Below the pieces are notes generated by a model. The model saw only the letters and a program-made list of their open reading frames with translations, searched no databases and had not been told where the DNA came from. The translations under genes and the position numbers were made by a program. A DNA stretch of 10,539 bases, taken from the NCBI GenBank assembly GCA_041946805.1, contig JBHGBC010000193.1:1-10539 (forward strand), written 5' to 3'. Every line of letters begins with the position of its first letter. Position 1 is the stretch's first letter. The stretch is from a bacterium. GTDB taxonomy: Bacteria; Hinthialibacterota; Hinthialibacteria; Hinthialibacterales; Hinthialibacteraceae. This document shows, piece by piece, positions 7,514 to 10,539 of this stretch.

Positions 7514-7964
7514 TCACCGGGCGGCCGAATCCGGATGCGAGGCAGGGGCGGTGTGGTAGGCGATGGGAAACAGGCGGGTCAGATCGGCGGTTGGGGAAGC
7601 ATCCATGATTTGGCTCATCCGGCCAGTGCGTACTTTTCATCAAATGGCCAACTCGCGACTCGTTGAAGGAACCGATGAAAACCACCCCCAAAATCCCCTC
7701 TCCCTCTGGGAGAAGGCCAGGGTGAGGGAATTTAGGTCGGTGCGGACCTGGAAGTCCGCCCTCATCCCTGGGGGAATGAAATCAATTTACAAACATCAGG
7801 TACGCACTTATCGGATGAACCCATGATTTCGATGCCGACGGCTCGTTGGTCCTCGCCCCGGTCCCGCACACAACCTGGCGAGACCCTTCGTTGCGTAACG
7901 GTTGCCGGCGGTCATCCAGCCGGATATTGAACAAATCCGTTTTATCATTATAAAACACCTGCAT
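7514..7964 (-). pseudogene. DUF2283-like (putative antitoxin) pseudogene, frameshifted and interrupted by a MITE
   Basis: Removing the MITE plus one TSD and restoring 1 nt near 7886 gives a 77-aa product: MQVFYNDKTDLFNIRLDDRRQPLRNE/xVSPGCVRDRGEDQRAVGIEIMDASPTADLTRLFPIAYH...*. This has the DUF2283 pattern Y-D/N..D...I...VGIEI.DAS. RBS-like AAGGGGTG lies upstream. Confidence 0.8.
7612..7821 (+). mobile_element. MITE copy 4, complete (210 bp), with perfect 8-bp TSD
   Basis: TIRs at 7612-7633 and 7800-7821 (18/22 complementary). CATGATTT is duplicated at 7604-7611 and 7822-7829. No transposase ORF inside. Confidence 0.92.
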
Positions 7965-8032
7965 CACCGTTCACCCCTTGACCATGGAACACATAACAGG
8001 TCCTAGGCTCAGGAGGGTGGAGTGATCCTCAT

Positions 8033-8782
8033 TTATTTCGGCATTTTTCGTTCCCGGATCGCGCGGGAGCGGCTGGAAAAACGGACCACCACATCCCACG
8101 GCTCCGTTTGCGGATTCTCCAGATAGGAGGTCAAAATCGACCGCATCTCCGGATTGAGTTCATCCTGGATCCGGAGGGCGGAGGCGATGGCGGCTTCGGG
8201 ATCGATTTTCATCAGGGTGGCGATGGCCTTCAGGCGCAATTCGGGGCGTTTTTCCGGATCCAAAATGATGGACTGCAGCGCGGGGATCGATTGGGGACCG
8301 CACCGCACGGCCAGAAACATAAAAGGGTAATCTTCAAGCCGGTCTTCCACTCGGCTTTTCCCAAAATACTTTTCATAAGCGAATAGGGAAAAGTCAAACT
8401 GATCCGCGTACAAGGCCATCGGCGTCGGGCATTGAATCTCCGCCGCCGCGTAACATAACGCCGCTAGGTCCAAGGTTTTGGTATAATCCGAATTCCAGTT
8501 GATATTCGAGAAGTTAGTCTGAAGAAATCCGATCAGTTTTTCTCCAGGTTCAACGGTATTTTCTTTCTGTTTTTTTAGTTGCAAGAGATCCACATAATAA
8601 TCTTTTCTTGTTTGAATATATTCTTTCTTTTTTTCGGGTTTGAAAAACAAAGATAAATTCCCAAATTCTGATGAAATAGCCTTGGATTGATCAGAAAAAG
8701 AAATTGTAGAAAGGCTAAAAAAACCAAATAGGGTATACAAGAAAATCAGTTTAAAATTTTTCTTCATTTTTTTCACCTTCAT
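8033..8782 (-). CDS. Secreted hypothetical protein with C-terminal HEAT-like helical repeat
   Basis: Lys-rich then hydrophobic N-terminus (signal peptide). GPQSIPALQSIILDPEKRPELRLKAIATLMKIDPE is HEAT-like. Start is 8782 or 8767. Confidence 0.7.
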   Translation of the reverse strand: MKVKKMKKNFKLIFLYTLFGFFSLSTISFSDQSKAISSEFGNLSLFFKPEKKKEYIQTRKDYYVDLLQLKKQKENTVEPGEKLIGFLQTNFSNINWNSDYTKTLDLAALCYAAAEIQCPTPMALYADQFDFSLFAYEKYFGKSRVEDRLEDYPFMFLAVRCGPQSIPALQSIILDPEKRPELRLKAIATLMKIDPEAAIASALRIQDELNPEMRSILTSYLENPQTEPWDVVVRFSSRSRAIRERKMPK

Positions 8783-8814
8783 TTAATTTAATACTATTTT
8801 GCTATATTTTTCGA

Positions 8815-9627
8815 TTATGGTTTAATCCAATTATCAATATTCAGATCATTCATAGACCATGTGGCATCTTCCACTAAAAATGAACTTATGTGATCAATAG
8901 TACTAGTCGAGTAATTCCATTTTGCTTCAATTTGGATCTTGAATCTTTTTTCTATCATGGGTACATCCCCTCCTATAAGATATACCTGGACCAAGTAATT
9001 TGTGCGTTTTCTCGCATGATCTATCGGTTTTCCATTAAAAAAATCTGAAAATAATTTTGCTTTAATGCGTGGGGGATCAAGATTAATTGAATCATTATTC
9101 ACGCCAATACCGAATAGAAATGGATAATCATCTGTATCATCCGCATATATACCAATTATTTTTGCCGTATGTTCAGGGAGAGTTGATTTTTCACCATCGG
9201 AATTCCAAGATGCAACCGCAGTATCAACAATCCACCTTTTAATTATCAAATGCTCTGGTGGAATATAACCATTTAAATCTGTAGCATGTATCTCATACCA
9301 AACACAAGGACTTTCTAAATAAAACGAATATGGGCTTTCATTATCTACTACATATCCAACACCCAAACTTGGGGATACAGGCGGTGAGGGATTACCAAAT
9401 CTATCGGTGAAGAGATCCTGTACCGTTGGAATATATTCAATTGTAGTAGTGTTACTTAAAATATTTGCATCCGCCAATATAGAATTGGAGCATTTTATTT
9501 CGAGGTGGAAATTAGGCTGTATAGCTGAATATACCGCTATGCTCGCGCATACAAAAAAGAGAGTATATAAATAACTTGATTTCTTTTCTAATAAATTATT
9601 GATGAGTCCAAAAAAACGATTTTTCAT
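8815..9627 (-). CDS. AT-rich secreted or membrane-anchored hypothetical protein (270 aa)
   Basis: Long ORF in AT-rich DNA; AGGAG RBS upstream; hydrophobic segment YLYTLFFVCASIAVYSA. Confidence 0.75.
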   Translation of the reverse strand: MKNRFFGLINNLLEKKSSYLYTLFFVCASIAVYSAIQPNFHLEIKCSNSILADANILSNTTTIEYIPTVQDLFTDRFGNPSPPVSPSLGVGYVVDNESPYSFYLESPCVWYEIHATDLNGYIPPEHLIIKRWIVDTAVASWNSDGEKSTLPEHTAKIIGIYADDTDDYPFLFGIGVNNDSINLDPPRIKAKLFSDFFNGKPIDHARKRTNYLVQVYLIGGDVPMIEKRFKIQIEAKWNYSTSTIDHISSFLVEDATWSMNDLNIDNWIKP

Positions 9628-9658
9628 ATTTATTCTTCTCCTATTTCGTTATTTTCTT

Positions 9659-9687
9659 TTTATACCCCACAAGACCTTTTGGGTCAA
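9659..9687 (-). promoter_or_regulatory. sigma70 promoter of the AT-rich two-gene cassette
   Basis: TTGACC-N17-TATAAA, with the -10 about 30 nt upstream of the ATG at 9627. Confidence 0.7.
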
Positions 9688-9754
9688 GTCTTTAATTCAT
9701 TATTTTTTCCTCGGTAACGATCCTCTTCCACCGTTGGCCGGTGACAGCACCCAT

Positions 9755-9883
9755 GTCACGGAGAGGTTTGCCGCCTTTCGGGTACGGATTGGCTTCTCAA
9801 CGACCATCCTGCGCGGCCAGGCCGATCACCCCGGAGATTTAGCGGCCCTTTTCATCCACCATGAATTGGATGCTGTTCATCAT
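9755..9883 (-). pseudogene. Decayed antitoxin / RelE-like toxin remnant
   Basis: Reads MMNSIQFMVDEKGR*ISGVIGLAAQDGR*EANPYPKGGKPLRD after a GGAG RBS. The first part resembles small antitoxins of the IQFVVDExG..AVxID....LWE type; ANPYPKGGKPL resembles the RelE/ParE NPxPxGxKxL motif. Confidence 0.5.
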
Positions 9884-9914
9884 GATCCTAGCTCCGTATT
9901 GAAGACCGGATATC

Positions 9915-9936
9915 AAATATCCCTAAAATATCCCTA
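9915..9936. repeat. 11-bp tandem duplication AAATATCCCTA x2
   Basis: Exact adjacent repeat just downstream of the rRNA terminator hairpin. Confidence 0.8.
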
Positions 9937-9942
9937 AAAGCC

Positions 9943-9972
9943 CAAAGGCCCCTGAAGAATCAGGGGCCTTTG
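9943..9972 (-). terminator. rRNA operon intrinsic terminator hairpin
   Basis: Perfect 13-bp stem CAAAGGCCCCTGA-agaa-TCAGGGGCCTTTG about 12 nt after 5S, followed on the minus strand by GGCTTTT. Confidence 0.85.
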
Positions 9973-9984
9973 AGATTAGTTATT

Positions 9985-10102
9985 TCCCGGCGATGACCTA
10001 CTCTCCCACCGGCTGTCGCCGGCAGTACCATCGGCGCGGAGGGGCTTAACTGCCGTGTTCGGGATGGGAACGGGTGTTTCCCCCTCGCTATCGTCACCGG
10101 AA
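9985..10102 (-). rRNA. rrf: 5S ribosomal RNA
   Basis: Reverse complement contains ACACCCGTTCCCATCCCGAACACGGCAGTTAAG, GCCGATGGTACT and GGGAGAGTAGGTC; ends are complementary; about 118 nt. Confidence 0.97.
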
Positions 10103-10184
10103 AAGGATTCCGATGTTGGAGGTTTGACGAATTCGGCGTGTTGTTCGTTGTACCGGTTGTCGGGCAATACTGCAGCGAGATAGT

Positions 10185-10539
<355 letters not shown>

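Noticed and set aside
7358..7826. Short ORFs of 102, 93 and 87 aa
   Set aside because: They run across MITE and pseudogene sequence and show no transposase or other motifs.

Overview
GC-rich bacterial chromosomal window ending in the 3' end of a minus-strand rRNA operon (23S tail, 5S, terminator). The genes are a degenerate GGDEF + ribbon-helix-helix protein, a low-complexity lipoprotein, a tandem class III nucleotide cyclase, a second lipoprotein, a CCA-adding enzyme (cca) and an AT-rich two-gene cassette of secreted hypothetical proteins. Four observations stand out. (1) A non-autonomous TIR element (MITE) family with ~22-bp ends (GGTTCATCCGGnnAGTGCGTAC) and 8-bp target duplications occurs 4-5 times in the GC-rich non-coding DNA; one copy interrupts a DUF2283-like gene that can be rebuilt across the insertion. 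(2) The two cyclase domains carry complementary catalytic residues, suggesting a single-chain pseudo-heterodimer in C2-C1 order with Glu at the base-specifying position. (3) The GGDEF domain looks catalytically dead but is fused to a DNA-binding RHH. (4) The AT-rich cassette is bracketed by two decayed toxin-antitoxin-like remnants. Family calls are by-eye motif recognition; no searches were run.
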